From Pedosphaera sp. (GTDB lineage: Bacteria; Verrucomicrobiota; Verrucomicrobiia; Limisphaerales; Pedosphaeraceae), in NCBI GenBank assembly GCA_028293285.1, contig JAQGPC010000268.1, positions 4,024 to 68,023 on the forward strand: a DNA stretch of 64,000 nt, in the 5' to 3' direction. The position numbers were made by a program, and so were the translations under genes. Below, one piece after another: positions 51,685 to 63,077 of this stretch (position 1 is its first letter; each line of letters opens with the position of its first letter). The notes beneath the pieces are model-generated. The model ran no database searches. It was not told the origin of the DNA and worked only from the letters and a program-made list of their open reading frames with translations.

Positions 51685-52839
51685 TTACTTGGCGGCTGGC
51701 TTGTCTTTCGAATCCTTGGCATCCTTGCCGGCATCCGGCTTGGGAGCAGCATTCGCGGAAACCTCGGCATCATCGAGCGCCTTCATTTTTTCGTCGAGGA
51801 TCTGGACGTCGGCTTCCTTTTTAATTTTCGCATAATAGTCTGGCAGCATCTTGTCCATTTCCTGTCTTTCCAGGTAATCCTTGATCTCGGTTTTCACCTT
51901 GTCGAATTCAACTTTTTTAGCCGGCATCTTTTCACTCAGTTTGATGATGTGATAACCGAACTGTGTGGTCACGACATCACTGATCTGATTGGTCTTGAGT
52001 GAGAAGGCAGCGGCTTCAAATTCCGGCACCATCTTACCTTTACCGAAGGTGTATTCACCGCCATTGTCCTTGGAACCGGGGTCTTCGGAGAATTCCTTGG
52101 CCAGCTTGGCGAAATCTTCACCCGCGCGGGCGCGCTTCAAGAGATCTTCCGCCTGCTTTTTCTTGGCCTTCTTTTGGTCGTCCTTCAAATCCTCGCCAGT
52201 CTTGGCATCTTTGGTGCCGATGAGGATATGGCTTGCGCGCACCATTTCCGGCTCTTCGAATTGGGAGGGATTATCGTCGTAGAATTTCTTGACTTGCTCA
52301 TCGGTGATTTTGATGTTGGATTTCAACACAGCCTCCGCAGTGGCTTCCTCAACCAGACGGGACTGCAAAACGTCGAGCGTCAGGTTCATGGACTTCAACT
52401 GCTTTGCGAGCATTTCTTCGCTTGGAGCGCGTTTTTTGATCATTTCAAAACGCTTATCGCCTTCCTTCTTGCCTTCGGCCTTTTGTGCATCGTTGGCCTT
52501 GGCCTTGAGAATCTGGATTTGAATCAGGCGATCCAGCAAGCGCTTTTCGATCATACCAAGCTGGGCTGGGGGAATTTCCTGACCGCGCGACGTGGCCGTG
52601 GCCTTGACGCCCACCAGGGCTTCATCCAACTGGCTGCGCTTGATTTCAAAGCCCTTGCCTTTGGCGATCACTGAATCCGGCAAAAAAGCATCCAGTTTGG
52701 GTGCGCTGGCAGCAGGCTCCGCCGCGGGTTTATTGTCGGGCGAAACTGCAAGCGCGACAGTAGTCATCGTCGTCGCCGCGAGCAGGACGCCAAAGGTTTT
52801 CATTTTTGATTTCATAAATTCGGTCGTAATCGATCTCAT
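51685..52839 (-). CDS. PpiC/parvulin-type peptidyl-prolyl isomerase (SurA/PrsA-like)
   Basis: A signal peptide and SurA-N-like helical region, then the parvulin core 'VRASHILIGTKD...' and 'GGEYTFGKGKMVPEFEAAAFSL...TQFGYHIIKL'. Confidence 0.82.
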   Translation of the reverse strand: MRSITTEFMKSKMKTFGVLLAATTMTTVALAVSPDNKPAAEPAASAPKLDAFLPDSVIAKGKGFEIKRSQLDEALVGVKATATSRGQEIPPAQLGMIEKRLLDRLIQIQILKAKANDAQKAEGKKEGDKRFEMIKKRAPSEEMLAKQLKSMNLTLDVLQSRLVEEATAEAVLKSNIKITDEQVKKFYDDNPSQFEEPEMVRASHILIGTKDAKTGEDLKDDQKKAKKKQAEDLLKRARAGEDFAKLAKEFSEDPGSKDNGGEYTFGKGKMVPEFEAAAFSLKTNQISDVVTTQFGYHIIKLSEKMPAKKVEFDKVKTEIKDYLERQEMDKMLPDYYAKIKKEADVQILDEKMKALDDAEVSANAAPKPDAGKDAKDSKDKPAAK

Positions 52840-52847
52840 TAATTCTG

Positions 52848-54437
52848 CTATAATTTCACCACCCGCACATTGCTGATGTCCGGATCTTTCTGCACTTCTT
52901 CCAACACCGCGGGCGATGGCACGCTATCTAGATTCAACACTGTCAACGCATGGCCCCCGGCAATATCACGGCTCAGGCTCATGCTCGCAATATTTACATT
53001 ATGGCGTCCCATCAACGTCCCCAAATAACCAACAATGCCCGGGCGATCCTTGTTGGTCATAAAGAACAACACGCCTTCCGGCACAATTTCCACCGGCTGA
53101 CCGTTCACGCGAACGATGCGCGGTTGATGCTTGGAACCGTAAAAGGTGCCGCCCGCCGAAATCTTTTGATCGCCACTGTAAACTGCCAGGTGCAACCATT
53201 CGTTGAAATCAGTCTCTTCATTCGACTTGATTTCTTCCACTCGCAAGCCGAGGGAACTTGCCAAGGTGCGCACATTGACTTGATTAACATCCTTGCCGCC
53301 TGCCGATTCCAAAAAGCCTTTCAACACGAAACGGGTAATGGGATCGCTTGGCACTTCAGTGGCCTTTCCTCCGTAAGTCACCACCAGGCGGTCATTGCGT
53401 TTGGGCGCGAGTTGGGCAACCATCCGCCCAAGCTTCTCACCAAGAGCCAGATACGGCTTCACGAGTGCGTAGGTCTTGGCATCAAGATTCGGTAAATTGA
53501 CTGCATTGCGGACGGCCCCGTTCAATAAATAGTCCGTAATCGCCTCAGCCACCTCAATACCAACATTCTCCTGCGCCTCCTCCGTGCTCGCGCCAAGATG
53601 CGGCGTCATGATGACCTGCGGCAAATCGCGCAATGGGAAATCCTTGGGCAATGGTTCCACCTCGTAAACATCCAAAGCGGCTCCGGCAACCTTGCCACTC
53701 TTGATGGCATCGTAAAGATCAGCCTCATTTATAATCCCACCCCGGGCACAATTCAACACGCGCACGCCAGTTTTCATTTTGGCGAAGGCGGCAGTGTTCA
53801 TCATGCCCTTGGTTTCATCGCTCATCGGCATGTGGACAGTGATAAAATCAGCGCGGGCAAAAACCTCATCCAACTCGAGTAGTTCTACCTGCAACGCATT
53901 CGCGCGCGACAGGGTCAAGTAAGGGTCATACGCCAGCACGCGCATGCCGAATGCAATCGCGCGACGAGCCACTTCGGTCCCGATACGGCCCATGCCGAGG
54001 ATGCCGAGCGTCTTGTTGTAAAGTTCAACGCCTTGAAACGCTTTGCGATTCCATTCGCCAGCCTTCATCGAACCGTGCGCCTGCGGAATCTTGCGCGCCA
54101 GCGCCATGAGCATCGAGAAAGTGAGTTCCGCGGTGGAGATGGTATTGCCGCTGGGCGTGTTCATCACCACGATGCCGCGTTGCGTGGCGGCTTCAACATC
54201 GACGTTATCAACGCCGACACCGGCGCGACCGACGACGCGCAGTTTGGGCGCGGCTTCGATGAGCTTGCGGGTGATCTTGGTTTCGGAACGCACAACCATT
54301 GCCTCGACGTCCGCCACGAGGGGGAGCAGTTGGGCTTCGGGCAGACGCTCTTTCAGCACCGTGACATTGAACTGCGGGCATTGCTGAAACAGCGCGATAC
54401 CCTTGGGTGAAATGGGGTCGCAAATCATTATATTCAT
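52848..54437 (-). CDS. serA: D-3-phosphoglycerate dehydrogenase
   Basis: 529-aa long form. The NAD motif is 'LGILGMGRIGTEVARR', with the catalytic 'TPHLGAST' and a C-terminal ASB/ACT region. Confidence 0.93.
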   Translation of the reverse strand: MNIMICDPISPKGIALFQQCPQFNVTVLKERLPEAQLLPLVADVEAMVVRSETKITRKLIEAAPKLRVVGRAGVGVDNVDVEAATQRGIVVMNTPSGNTISTAELTFSMLMALARKIPQAHGSMKAGEWNRKAFQGVELYNKTLGILGMGRIGTEVARRAIAFGMRVLAYDPYLTLSRANALQVELLELDEVFARADFITVHMPMSDETKGMMNTAAFAKMKTGVRVLNCARGGIINEADLYDAIKSGKVAGAALDVYEVEPLPKDFPLRDLPQVIMTPHLGASTEEAQENVGIEVAEAITDYLLNGAVRNAVNLPNLDAKTYALVKPYLALGEKLGRMVAQLAPKRNDRLVVTYGGKATEVPSDPITRFVLKGFLESAGGKDVNQVNVRTLASSLGLRVEEIKSNEETDFNEWLHLAVYSGDQKISAGGTFYGSKHQPRIVRVNGQPVEIVPEGVLFFMTNKDRPGIVGYLGTLMGRHNVNIASMSLSRDIAGGHALTVLNLDSVPSPAVLEEVQKDPDISNVRVVKL

Positions 54438-54727
54438 AAAGACAGGGGGCGAAGTCTAGGGAAAGGTCGCAAGCTGGTCAAATAATGAAAATATCATAAG
54501 TTCCTAACAATTTCATGGGTAAGAGTCCCGCCAGAGGTATCTGAGTGGCCATCCTCTCATGATGGGCGAGACTTGTGAATTTTAGCCGGGTTGGTCTTTA
54601 ATAAGAGTTGGGTATCCGTCTGACTTAGGACTCAACATCCGTAATTACCGGAAATTGCCAAGTACTTTACCCCATAGACGGTTTGTGCGGAACCAGCGAA
54701 AGTAGGGTGTAATGAAGGAATAGGCTC

Positions 54728-55198
54728 ATGTTAAAAACGCTGTTAATTGTAGATGACAGGGAGGACGATGTCCTCTTAACCAAGAGAGCGTTTCAGCGGG
54801 CGGGGAGCAAGTGCCAGATCGAGGTTTGCCAAAATGGCGAACAGGCAATTCAATATTTGGCCGGACAAGGTAATTATCGTGACCGCGCGGCACATCCTCT
54901 GCCGGAACTCATTTTGTTGGATATCAAGATGCCCGGCATTGATGGCTTCCAAGTGTTGCAATGGTTGCGCAACCAGGCTTTTTTAAAGGCAATTCCCGTG
55001 GTCATGCTTACGACTTCAGATGAACCTAAGGATGTGACCCGTGCCTACAAAGCCGGTGCCAATTCTTACCTGGTTAAACCGATTGATTACGAGCAATTGG
55101 AAAAGAATCTCCCGCTCCTGTTGGAATACTGGCTGCACATCAATACGGCTCCTTCCAAAATGGTGCCGATCTTCGATTCGGCCAATAACGGTTTCTGA
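54728..55198 (+). CDS. response regulator (receiver domain only)
   Basis: 'LLIVDDREDDVLL', the phospho-acceptor 'LILLDIKMPGIDG', and 'PVVMLTTS...AGANSYLVKP'. Confidence 0.9.
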   Translation: MLKTLLIVDDREDDVLLTKRAFQRAGSKCQIEVCQNGEQAIQYLAGQGNYRDRAAHPLPELILLDIKMPGIDGFQVLQWLRNQAFLKAIPVVMLTTSDEPKDVTRAYKAGANSYLVKPIDYEQLEKNLPLLLEYWLHINTAPSKMVPIFDSANNGF

Positions 55199-55219
55199 AC
55201 CGTTCTTTGCTTGACCAAT

Positions 55220-58200
55220 TTATTGGTCGAGACAATCGCGTACTGCTTGGGCGAGTTTGCGGGGATGATAAGGTTTTTGCAGGAAGTTCAGTCCTTCGCG
55301 AAGCACCATGTCGGTGCCAACAACGGCCAGGCTGTAACCACTTGAATAAATCACTTTCAGGCTCGGCTTGTCACCTTGCAAGCGTTGGGCAAGTTCGCGT
55401 CCGCTGACGCCATGCGGCATGACCATGTCGGTGAGGAGCAGGCTGATTTGATCCTTGTGCTCCAGCCAGATGGGCAGCGCATTCACGCCGGATTCAGCTT
55501 CGAGGACGTTATAACCGTAACGTTGGAGCACGCTGCGCACGAGCACCCGCAACGGTGCTTCGTCTTCAACCACGAGAATCGTTTCGGTGCCGCCGCCTAC
55601 TTTGGCTTCGGATTCTTTGGCATTATCCGCGACAGCAACTTTGGCGGCGGTGGCCGGAAGGAAGATTTCGAAAATGGTTTCCTTGTTCACCTTGCTGGAG
55701 ACATTGGTCCAGCCTTTGTGCTGTTGCACGATGCCATAAACCGTGGCCAGTCCAAGACCGGTTCCCTTTCCCACATCTTTGGTGGTGAAGAAAGGATCAA
55801 AAATGCGCGGCAGGATTTCGGGCGGGATGCCGGTGCCGGTATCCTTCACAATAAGGCCGACGTAAACACCTTGCTTGGCGCCGGGATGTTGGCGGGCAAG
55901 ATTGTCGTCCACGTTCACGGTGCACGTGGTGATAAAGAGGCGGCCGCCTTTGGGCATGGCATCGCGGGCATTGACCGAGAGGTTAAGGAGGATTTGCTCC
56001 ATCATGCCGGGGTCCGCGTGAACGAACGGAAGGCTTGAACCGTATTTGACCTGAAGTGTGATGTCTTCGCCCAATAAACGGCGCAACATCTTGGTCATGT
56101 TGCTGACAACTTCATTGAGGTCGAGTTCCTTCGGCTGGATAATCTGGCGGCGGCTGAACGTGAGGAGCTGGCGGGTAAGGTTCGCGGCACGTTCGGCAGC
56201 AAGGGCAATTTGCTGGGCAGACTCAATGGCTTCCTCCGGCAAATTTGGCGACAGGGTAAGCAGTGAACCGTGCCCCTGAATGACGGTGAGGATATTGTTA
56301 AAATCGTGGGCGATGCCTCCCGCGAGTTGCCCGACTGATTCCATTTTTTGCGATTGCCGCAGTTGCGCTTCCAAATTCTGGCGGTCCGTGATGTCCGCTG
56401 CGTAACAGTGGACGACACCAATGGCGGCGATGGGAAAAAATGAGGAACTAATGGTGCGATTCTCAATGACACGTTCGTGGCGCATGCTGCTTTGGCCGGT
56501 GGCAAGGCAGCGCTTCACGATGTCCACCGCTTCCGGCGGCAGGAATTCGGAAGGATCGCTTTTGTCGAGCGACTTGGCCATTTGCAAGGCGGCGCCGTTG
56601 AAATAATTCAGCCGGCCATCCGCGGTAAATTCCAGGACAGGATTGGGATTGAACTGGGGAAAGGCAGCGAGCTTCTGGTTTTCCGCTTCGGCGCGAATAC
56701 GCTCCAATGCACCGCCGCAATGATCCGCCAAAGCTTGCAAGGTATTGAGATCATCTTCGGTATAAGCATTGGGTGAATAGCTTTGGATAGTCAGGACACC
56801 AATGACCCGCGCGCGATTTCTGATGGGTGCAAACATCAAGGAAGCGGAAGGACGTGATTTGTCACCGAAGGTATTGAAATCGGGCGAACTGGCAAATGGT
56901 GGTTTGCGCAGGATCAATTTCGCCCCACGCTCCAGCACGCTACGTGTATGACGGCTGGGGGTTGCATTGTTAAGATAAATGAGCGGCACATCCACGCATT
57001 GGCCATCAATTAGATCCATGGCCAGAATGGAATTAACGGTCTTCTGGTCGGTGGAACACAGGTCAATGGCGCATGAATGCCAACCCAGCAGCTTGTCCGC
57101 CACATCCACAATAATCTGCGCCGCTTCGCGCGCGGTGGTCGCGGAACTGAGCCGCTGGCCTAAATTGGAAAACGCGGTGCTGCGAATTTCCGCGCGTTTG
57201 CGCTTGGTGATATCCAGCACCGTGCCGACAAAACGAACGGGCTTTCCCGTTTCATCCACAATCACTTCGCCTTGTTCGTTGACTGTTTTCACCTCGCCGT
57301 TGGGCAGCAAAATGCGGTAGTCGAGGCTGTAAGGTATGCCGCGCTCCAGATTTTCCAGCGAGTCGCGCTGGACCAACTCCCGATCCTCCGGATGCACCCG
57401 CTGAAAAAACATCTCCAGACTGATTTCATCACGCTGAGGTTGCAGACCAAAAATGCGATAGGTTTCATCCGACCAGGCAACCTGATTCGTTTCGGCATCG
57501 CGTTCCCAATTCCCCAAGTGGGCTATTTGTTGGGCGCGGGCGAGACTGGCCTGGCTTTTACGCAGGGCTTCCTCGGCGCGTTTGCGTTCCGTGATGTTGC
57601 GCGAGATGGATGAGGCGCCGATGACCTTGCCCGAAACATCCTTGATGGGTGAAGTGGTGCTTGAGATATGAATGATGGAACCATCCTTGCGCAGGCGCAT
57701 GGTTTCAAAATTTTCCATTCGCTCACCGCGCCGCAATTTTTCCAGTATGCCAAAGAATTCCTCTTCCTTTTCGGGGAGCAAAATCATGGTCATGGAGCGG
57801 CCATTCGCTTCCGCAGCGGTATAACCGTAGAGTCGCTCCGCGGCAGGATTCCAACTGAAAATAATTCCATCGAAGGTGGTGCTGACGATGGCGTCATTGG
57901 AAGACTCCACGATCGCAGCATATTGCAAAAGCGCCTCTTCCGCGCGTTGCCGCTCGGTGACGTCCTCAATCATCACGATGGGAAACTGGGGTTTGCCCGA
58001 AGAGTCTCGCACCATCGAAACCGTCAATCTTCCCGCGATGATTCGGCCATCTTTGCGCACGAAACGTTTTTCAAACTGGTAATACTCCGTTTCGCCCGAA
58101 ACCAGCCGATTAAAATGCCGGGTCTCTTCCTGATTATCAGCTGAATGGGTAAAGTCTTTGCGAGTGATCTGCTGGAGTTCCTCTGCCGTATAACCGAGCA

Positions 58201-58720
58201 TCTGCTGCAAGGCCCGATTGGTTTCAATGATTTTACCGTGGAGATCTTCGACCACGATGCCGGTGCTGGCGCGCTCAAAAACCGCGCGAAAGCGGGATTC
58301 ACTGTCGCGCAACCGGCTTTCCGATTTTTGACGTTCAGAACGCTCGGCCACTTCCTGCAGGGCGCGCCTGACAGTGGGCGCGAGATTGGAAAGGTGCTGT
58401 TTCGATACGAAATCAGCCGCTCCATGTTTAAGCAAGTCCGCCACGTTCTCCTCGCCAATGGTTCCGGAAACGATGATGAAAGGAGCCTGGGAATTATGCT
58501 CGCGCAACAGTTTGAGGGTTTCCAAACTGTTCAGATTAGGAACGGAATGATCAGATAAAACCAGATCAGGATTGAAGGTTTTGATCGCCTTGAGGAGCGT
58601 CTCTTTTTTATATACTTGTTGGACCTGCACCGAGAGGCCGGCCCGGCACAGTTCAAGTTCCATCAACTCCGCATCGGCGGTGGAATCTTCGACAATGAGA
58701 ATGCGAAGCGCTTTGCTCAC
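55220..58720 (-). CDS. hybrid sensor histidine kinase (REC - multiple PAS - GAF - PAS - HisKA - HATPase - REC)
   Basis: 1166 aa. The N-terminal receiver is '[13 protein letters not shown]...DLVLSD'. Several PAS-like repeats follow ('GYTAEE', 'RKDG'). The H-box is '[14 protein letters not shown]', the G-box is '[13 protein letters not shown]', and the C-terminal receiver is '[11 protein letters not shown]...LLLTDMVMP'. Confidence 0.9.
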   Translation of the reverse strand: MSKALRILIVEDSTADAELMELELCRAGLSVQVQQVYKKETLLKAIKTFNPDLVLSDHSVPNLNSLETLKLLREHNSQAPFIIVSGTIGEENVADLLKHGAADFVSKQHLSNLAPTVRRALQEVAERSERQKSESRLRDSESRFRAVFERASTGIVVEDLHGKIIETNRALQQMLGYTAEELQQITRKDFTHSADNQEETRHFNRLVSGETEYYQFEKRFVRKDGRIIAGRLTVSMVRDSSGKPQFPIVMIEDVTERQRAEEALLQYAAIVESSNDAIVSTTFDGIIFSWNPAAERLYGYTAAEANGRSMTMILLPEKEEEFFGILEKLRRGERMENFETMRLRKDGSIIHISSTTSPIKDVSGKVIGASSISRNITERKRAEEALRKSQASLARAQQIAHLGNWERDAETNQVAWSDETYRIFGLQPQRDEISLEMFFQRVHPEDRELVQRDSLENLERGIPYSLDYRILLPNGEVKTVNEQGEVIVDETGKPVRFVGTVLDITKRKRAEIRSTAFSNLGQRLSSATTAREAAQIIVDVADKLLGWHSCAIDLCSTDQKTVNSILAMDLIDGQCVDVPLIYLNNATPSRHTRSVLERGAKLILRKPPFASSPDFNTFGDKSRPSASLMFAPIRNRARVIGVLTIQSYSPNAYTEDDLNTLQALADHCGGALERIRAEAENQKLAAFPQFNPNPVLEFTADGRLNYFNGAALQMAKSLDKSDPSEFLPPEAVDIVKRCLATGQSSMRHERVIENRTISSSFFPIAAIGVVHCYAADITDRQNLEAQLRQSQKMESVGQLAGGIAHDFNNILTVIQGHGSLLTLSPNLPEEAIESAQQIALAAERAANLTRQLLTFSRRQIIQPKELDLNEVVSNMTKMLRRLLGEDITLQVKYGSSLPFVHADPGMMEQILLNLSVNARDAMPKGGRLFITTCTVNVDDNLARQHPGAKQGVYVGLIVKDTGTGIPPEILPRIFDPFFTTKDVGKGTGLGLATVYGIVQQHKGWTNVSSKVNKETIFEIFLPATAAKVAVADNAKESEAKVGGGTETILVVEDEAPLRVLVRSVLQRYGYNVLEAESGVNALPIWLEHKDQISLLLTDMVMPHGVSGRELAQRLQGDKPSLKVIYSSGYSLAVVGTDMVLREGLNFLQKPYHPRKLAQAVRDCLDQ

Positions 58721-59006
58721 GGCGTGATTTTACCCTCCATGAGCCGACAGAACTGGACTCGAGTTATCTTTGAAAGTAACGACGCGTAACCATTGCCAGA
58801 GCCTGAAAGAAATTCTCCGGCTCTTGCTGCCATCGGGATTTGAATAGCATTGGACAAGACTTGAATAGTAACAAAAAAATGAGACTGGTCAACACAACGG
58901 GTGGGCTAAGTCGCTGATATTGAGGGGATGTCGAGACCAGACACAAACAGCAACGAGGAAATGTCCGAGGTTTACTCCGACTCAGAGTAAATTGGCTTAT
59001 GACCGC

Positions 59007-60002
59007 TTAGTCTTTATGAGAACTGACCGTACTGGGAAGCTCCAGAAGGGACTTTCTGGTAGCGGCTGGCTTGCGGCTATTACTTGTGCGGCGCTTCCGG
59101 GTAGAGGCATTATCTTTTTGTGCCGCTTTGGCTTTCAGGAAGGCCAGCTCCGATTGCTTCATTTCCAGCTTGCGGCTCAGAGAATCAATTCGTGCTTTAA
59201 ATTTACTGCGGGCCAATTCTATTTCATGTTCGATGCCGCTTTTGCCGCTCAATTTAAACCCGGAACGAATAGTCTCCTGGCTTTCCACGCACTCGATGTG
59301 CAATCCGGCGGAGCCAATCGTCATCGGGAGTTCGCTTTCCACGAAGCCGGAACCGCGATATTTTAGCACGCGCAGGCTACGGGTAGCTGTATGGCTGCTG
59401 GCCTGATAATCAAGGAGAACGACGCAATCGGCCATGAACTGCAACGCGCCGTGACGTTGGGAAATAAAGGGGTCATTATTTTCCACCTGGGCCGTGATCA
59501 CAGTAGTGAGTCCGCTTTCTGAAAGCCAATCGCGCAAGCGGGCAATCTCCTGCCGTTCGGTGGTCCGGTCACTCAGCAAGGAAAGCAGGGCATCAATGGA
59601 ATCAAATACCACGCGTTTGGCATTCATCTCTTTGGCGACAACTTGAATGCCGGCCAGCATGCCACTCAGATAGAGTTCGATGGAGTTGAACGCATTGGGA
59701 CGGACGCGGGCATCCAAAATAACCAGCTTATCTTTTTCCAGATCAGCCAGGTTCCAACCGAAGGTGGCGGCGTTTTCAACGATTTGCCGGGGAGTTTCCT
59801 GGAAAGTAACCAAAATACCGGCCTCGCCTTTAAGGGCACCGGTGACAAGGCTCTGCAGCGCAAAGACAGTTTTGCCGCTGCCGGGGCCGCCCATGACCAA
59901 TGTAGTCCGGTTCTGCGGCAACCCTCCGCCAGTGGATTCGTCAAAGCCTGGGATGCCGGTTACAGATTTGATGAGCCCGCCACGTCTTGGGGTGTGCGCC
60001 AT
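59007..60002 (-). CDS. KaiC/RecA-like ATPase (single domain) with C-terminal coiled-coil/basic tail
   Basis: 'GIPGFDESTGGGLPQNRTTLVMGGPGSGKTVFALQ' contains the Walker A motif, and 'VVFDSIDALL' is a Walker B-like motif. Start placed at the ATG at 60002 so that it does not overlap the mlaD-like stop. Confidence 0.75.
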   Translation of the reverse strand: MAHTPRRGGLIKSVTGIPGFDESTGGGLPQNRTTLVMGGPGSGKTVFALQSLVTGALKGEAGILVTFQETPRQIVENAATFGWNLADLEKDKLVILDARVRPNAFNSIELYLSGMLAGIQVVAKEMNAKRVVFDSIDALLSLLSDRTTERQEIARLRDWLSESGLTTVITAQVENNDPFISQRHGALQFMADCVVLLDYQASSHTATRSLRVLKYRGSGFVESELPMTIGSAGLHIECVESQETIRSGFKLSGKSGIEHEIELARSKFKARIDSLSRKLEMKQSELAFLKAKAAQKDNASTRKRRTSNSRKPAATRKSLLELPSTVSSHKD

Positions 60003-60048
60003 AGGTGGCAGGATGCTTACGGGGAAAATGAAAAATGACAAGCCCAAA

Positions 60049-61341
60049 TCACGGCGACTTTCCCGCCTTCGCTTTTGGGGAAAGCAATGGCTTGCGGATG
60101 GTTGCGGGTGGAGCATTGGTTTTCTTCGTTTTGAATGCCGAACGGAGCAGCCAATGATGTTTCAAGCCCTGCACAAATTGGTCGCTATGGACAATGGTAT
60201 CCGAAATGCGGGTAAGTATGTTCGTGTTAACCTGCACTTGGTTATTCAGGTTACTCGTAATATCGGCCAAGCTATTAAGTGACTTGGTAAGGCTTTCCGC
60301 GAGGACAACTATATTAGAATCAGCATCGGAAACGGTTGTATTCACATTGGTTAGTGTGGTTTCGAGCTGCTGATGGATATTGGTAGGGATGAGCCAGTCG
60401 CCCAAGGTGCCCTGGCCATGCAACTGAGAAGTGATCGAGGCAAGGTTGGTGAACACCGGGCGGGCGCTCTCGGCAACTACGTTGAGATTGGAGGTAAGGT
60501 TCGCACTATTAGAAAGCACGGCGGAGAGTTGGTTGGTGAGGCGGAGGATGTTAGGCAACGCTGCTTCGACCGACGAAACCAGACGCTCCATGCGATCCGT
60601 CAAGGCGGGAGATTCATCGGGAATCAGCTCATACATGTTCGTCTTCCAAAAGAACTCGTAATAGCCTTCTTTGTCGTACCAGACAGCGGTCATTTTCTTG
60701 CGGGTTTCACGGGTGTCGGCAACGCGAAGATTGGCATTACCCAAAGTGGCTATCTTCTGGAGTAATTCCTTGCTTAAAGGTTGCCAGGCTTTGGAGATAA
60801 GATTGGTTCCGGAAGCATCATAGACTTCCTGGGCTAACCTCCATTTCGGAAGTTCACCCAAACGCTCCACCTCGCCAATAGACATGATCCTCAGCGGATT
60901 GAATATATAAGTAGGATAGCCATTTGTGCCCTTGGTTACTTCGACGACTCTTTTGCCGAGTAGGTCCAGCGCTGCGGAGGTGACTTTCGCGCGCGAACCT
61001 TCGGTCCAGAGATAACCGTAGTAGGGTTCCTTGATATCGAATCTGATATAGACACTGTGAACGAAGTCATCAGGTGGTTGGGCGTCAATTTTGGTAATCT
61101 GGCCGACAGTGAATCCCATCATCATCACGGGATCGCCTTCCTTTAAACCGGTGGCGCGGTCGGTGTAAGTATAATATGGCGCCTTAGTAAGGAACCAGCC
61201 TTTGCTGCGGGCGGTGGTGTAAATGTAATACCCGAAACCGAACAGCAATAGCAGCGTGGCCAGCAGCACGAACCAGCCTACGGCGCGTTCCATCCGGCTG
61301 AGCCGGGTGCGCAACTGCGGGGTTAAATCTTGCAAGGCCAT
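60049..61341 (-). CDS. MlaD/MCE-family protein
   Basis: An N-terminal TM segment, then the MCE core 'GLKEGDPVMMMGFTVGQITKI' and a long helical C-terminal region. Confidence 0.8.
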   Translation of the reverse strand: MALQDLTPQLRTRLSRMERAVGWFVLLATLLLLFGFGYYIYTTARSKGWFLTKAPYYTYTDRATGLKEGDPVMMMGFTVGQITKIDAQPPDDFVHSVYIRFDIKEPYYGYLWTEGSRAKVTSAALDLLGKRVVEVTKGTNGYPTYIFNPLRIMSIGEVERLGELPKWRLAQEVYDASGTNLISKAWQPLSKELLQKIATLGNANLRVADTRETRKKMTAVWYDKEGYYEFFWKTNMYELIPDESPALTDRMERLVSSVEAALPNILRLTNQLSAVLSNSANLTSNLNVVAESARPVFTNLASITSQLHGQGTLGDWLIPTNIHQQLETTLTNVNTTVSDADSNIVVLAESLTKSLNSLADITSNLNNQVQVNTNILTRISDTIVHSDQFVQGLKHHWLLRSAFKTKKTNAPPATIRKPLLSPKAKAGKSP

Positions 61342-61347
61342 AGGTAT

Positions 61348-62148
61348 TTAGATATCCGGCAAATCCTCCGCCAACAATTCTTTTACGAGCGGATCGGCAT
61401 GGGCTGCCAAGTCCGGGCGGTTGCCTAATGCGATGAATTTCTTATCCTGCAACACGGCAAATTGTTTCCCGCGCTCACGCCAGGGTCGCAAATCTTCCGC
61501 AGTCACCACCAGGGTGGAAGGTCGTCCATTTAAAATAGCGTGACCGGCAGATAATTGACCGAGGAAATTCAACCACCAACCGACCTGACGCAGGTCGAGT
61601 CCGCCGAGAGGATTATCGAGCAAGAGCACTTCGGGTTGCAGGATCAAGGCGCGCGCGAGTCCGGCGCGCTTTTTGAGATTGCGCCCGACGCTGCCCGGCG
61701 TGTTGTCGGCCCAACTGGTCAACTCGGTGAGTTCGAGCATGGCGTTTACCTGTTTTGCTGCTTCCTCGGCGGAGAGCGTTTTATGATAGCGCAGTGGCAA
61801 CGCGATGTTTTCGGCAATGGTAAGATTGTGAAAGAGTTGTCCACCATCGAAGACCAACCCAACGCGCAATCGCTCCGCGAGCAACTCGCCCTCAAAAATA
61901 GGCATCTCATGGCCGAAGAGACGATAGGTTCCGCCTTGCGGGGCAATCAACCCGGCGGTGGTGGAGAGCAAATCGCTTTTGCCGGAGCTTTGCAGTCCGG
62001 CAATGACCCAGTATTCCCCTGCCCTGACCGTCCAATTAACATCCTCCAGCATGGTCAGGCGCGGATCGCGCAAGCTTCCAATCTTTACCCGCTCCATTTC
62101 AATGACGGGCGTTTCAGACGCGGCGTTGCTGGGTTGGGGATTATCCAT
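61348..62148 (-). CDS. ABC transporter ATP-binding protein (MlaF-like)
   Basis: Walker A is 'GLQSSGKSDLL', the signature-like motif is 'SVGRNLKKRAGLARAL', and Walker B is 'LLLDNPLGGLD'. Confidence 0.85.
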   Translation of the reverse strand: MDNPQPSNAASETPVIEMERVKIGSLRDPRLTMLEDVNWTVRAGEYWVIAGLQSSGKSDLLSTTAGLIAPQGGTYRLFGHEMPIFEGELLAERLRVGLVFDGGQLFHNLTIAENIALPLRYHKTLSAEEAAKQVNAMLELTELTSWADNTPGSVGRNLKKRAGLARALILQPEVLLLDNPLGGLDLRQVGWWLNFLGQLSAGHAILNGRPSTLVVTAEDLRPWRERGKQFAVLQDKKFIALGNRPDLAAHADPLVKELLAEDLPDI

Positions 62149-63077
62149 CAGGTCGCGAGGTAAATGATGATGAAAACTGCGTCTAAAAACACGCAGGCGA
62201 TGACGCTTTGGGCGACGGCGCGGACGGTGGCGGGTGAGACTTCTTCCAGGCGCAACGGTTGAGCGAGGCCGTGATAGCAGGTAATCACTGAAATCAGAAT
62301 GCCGAACAAAGTGGATTTAACGGCGAGCACGACAAAGTCCATATAGGTCAGCGCACCGGCCAATTGGGTAAAGTATTCGCCGGGACGGATTGGCACGTCG
62401 TTCAGGAAGGCCCAGAGATAACCGCTGAGCAACGAACCGAGAATGAAATAGACGGTCAGGGCGAAGACCCCGACAGCCATGCCAATCACGCGCGGCATGA
62501 CGAGGTAATGAATCGGATCGATGCCCAAGGCTTCGAGGGCTTCAACTTCGCCGAGGGCGCGCGCGGTGCCGAGTTCGATGACGTTGCCGGTGCCGGAGCG
62601 CATCAGGACAAGAAAGGCGGTCAGGAGCGGGCCGAGCTCGCGCACGACGGTGAGGACCATGATGGTGCCGAGATATTGATTGGCATTCACGCGGGTCAAC
62701 CACGACACGGCTTGGCCAATGACCACCAAACCAAGCGCGACGGACAGAAACAAAAACATGGGCAACAGCTTCACGCCGGAGCGGGTCAATTCCTGCCAGA
62801 TCAAGGGGAAGATGACGGCGCGGGCTTTGCGGAATTTGGTGAAGATGACGCCGAGGGTAATGAGCGTGAACGCACCCAGACCCTGTATCGTAAGTAGGAA
62901 CCGGATGAGTTTGCGGCCAATGTAATTCGAGTAGGCGTGGGGCAAAGGTGCGCGCAGGAGGAATCGCAATCGCGACGCGTCAAACCCGCTGGCTGTTCCC
63001 TTTTCCACGAAGGTGAACGTATGGGTTTTATTCCGCAGGGTCAAAGGGGTTTTCACCCCGCTCCAGAACGAATTCAT
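62148..63077 (-). CDS. MlaE-family ABC permease
   Basis: A multi-TM protein with 'VVRELGPLLTAFLVLMRSGTG' and 'EALEALGIDPIHYLVMPRV', typical of the MlaE/TTG2B family. It overlaps the ATPase gene start by 1 nt. Confidence 0.85.
   Translation of the reverse strand: MNSFWSGVKTPLTLRNKTHTFTFVEKGTASGFDASRLRFLLRAPLPHAYSNYIGRKLIRFLLTIQGLGAFTLITLGVIFTKFRKARAVIFPLIWQELTRSGVKLLPMFLFLSVALGLVVIGQAVSWLTRVNANQYLGTIMVLTVVRELGPLLTAFLVLMRSGTGNVIELGTARALGEVEALEALGIDPIHYLVMPRVIGMAVGVFALTVYFILGSLLSGYLWAFLNDVPIRPGEYFTQLAGALTYMDFVVLAVKSTLFGILISVITCYHGLAQPLRLEEVSPATVRAVAQSVIACVFLDAVFIIIYLAT

Noticed and set aside
58955-58970. 'GAGGAAATGTCCGAGG', which resembles the conserved RNase P RNA 'GAGGAAAGUCCGG' box.
   Set aside because: The match is imperfect. 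The intergenic space of 287 nt is too short for a ~350-400-nt RNase P RNA, and no complementary P4 partner segment was seen.
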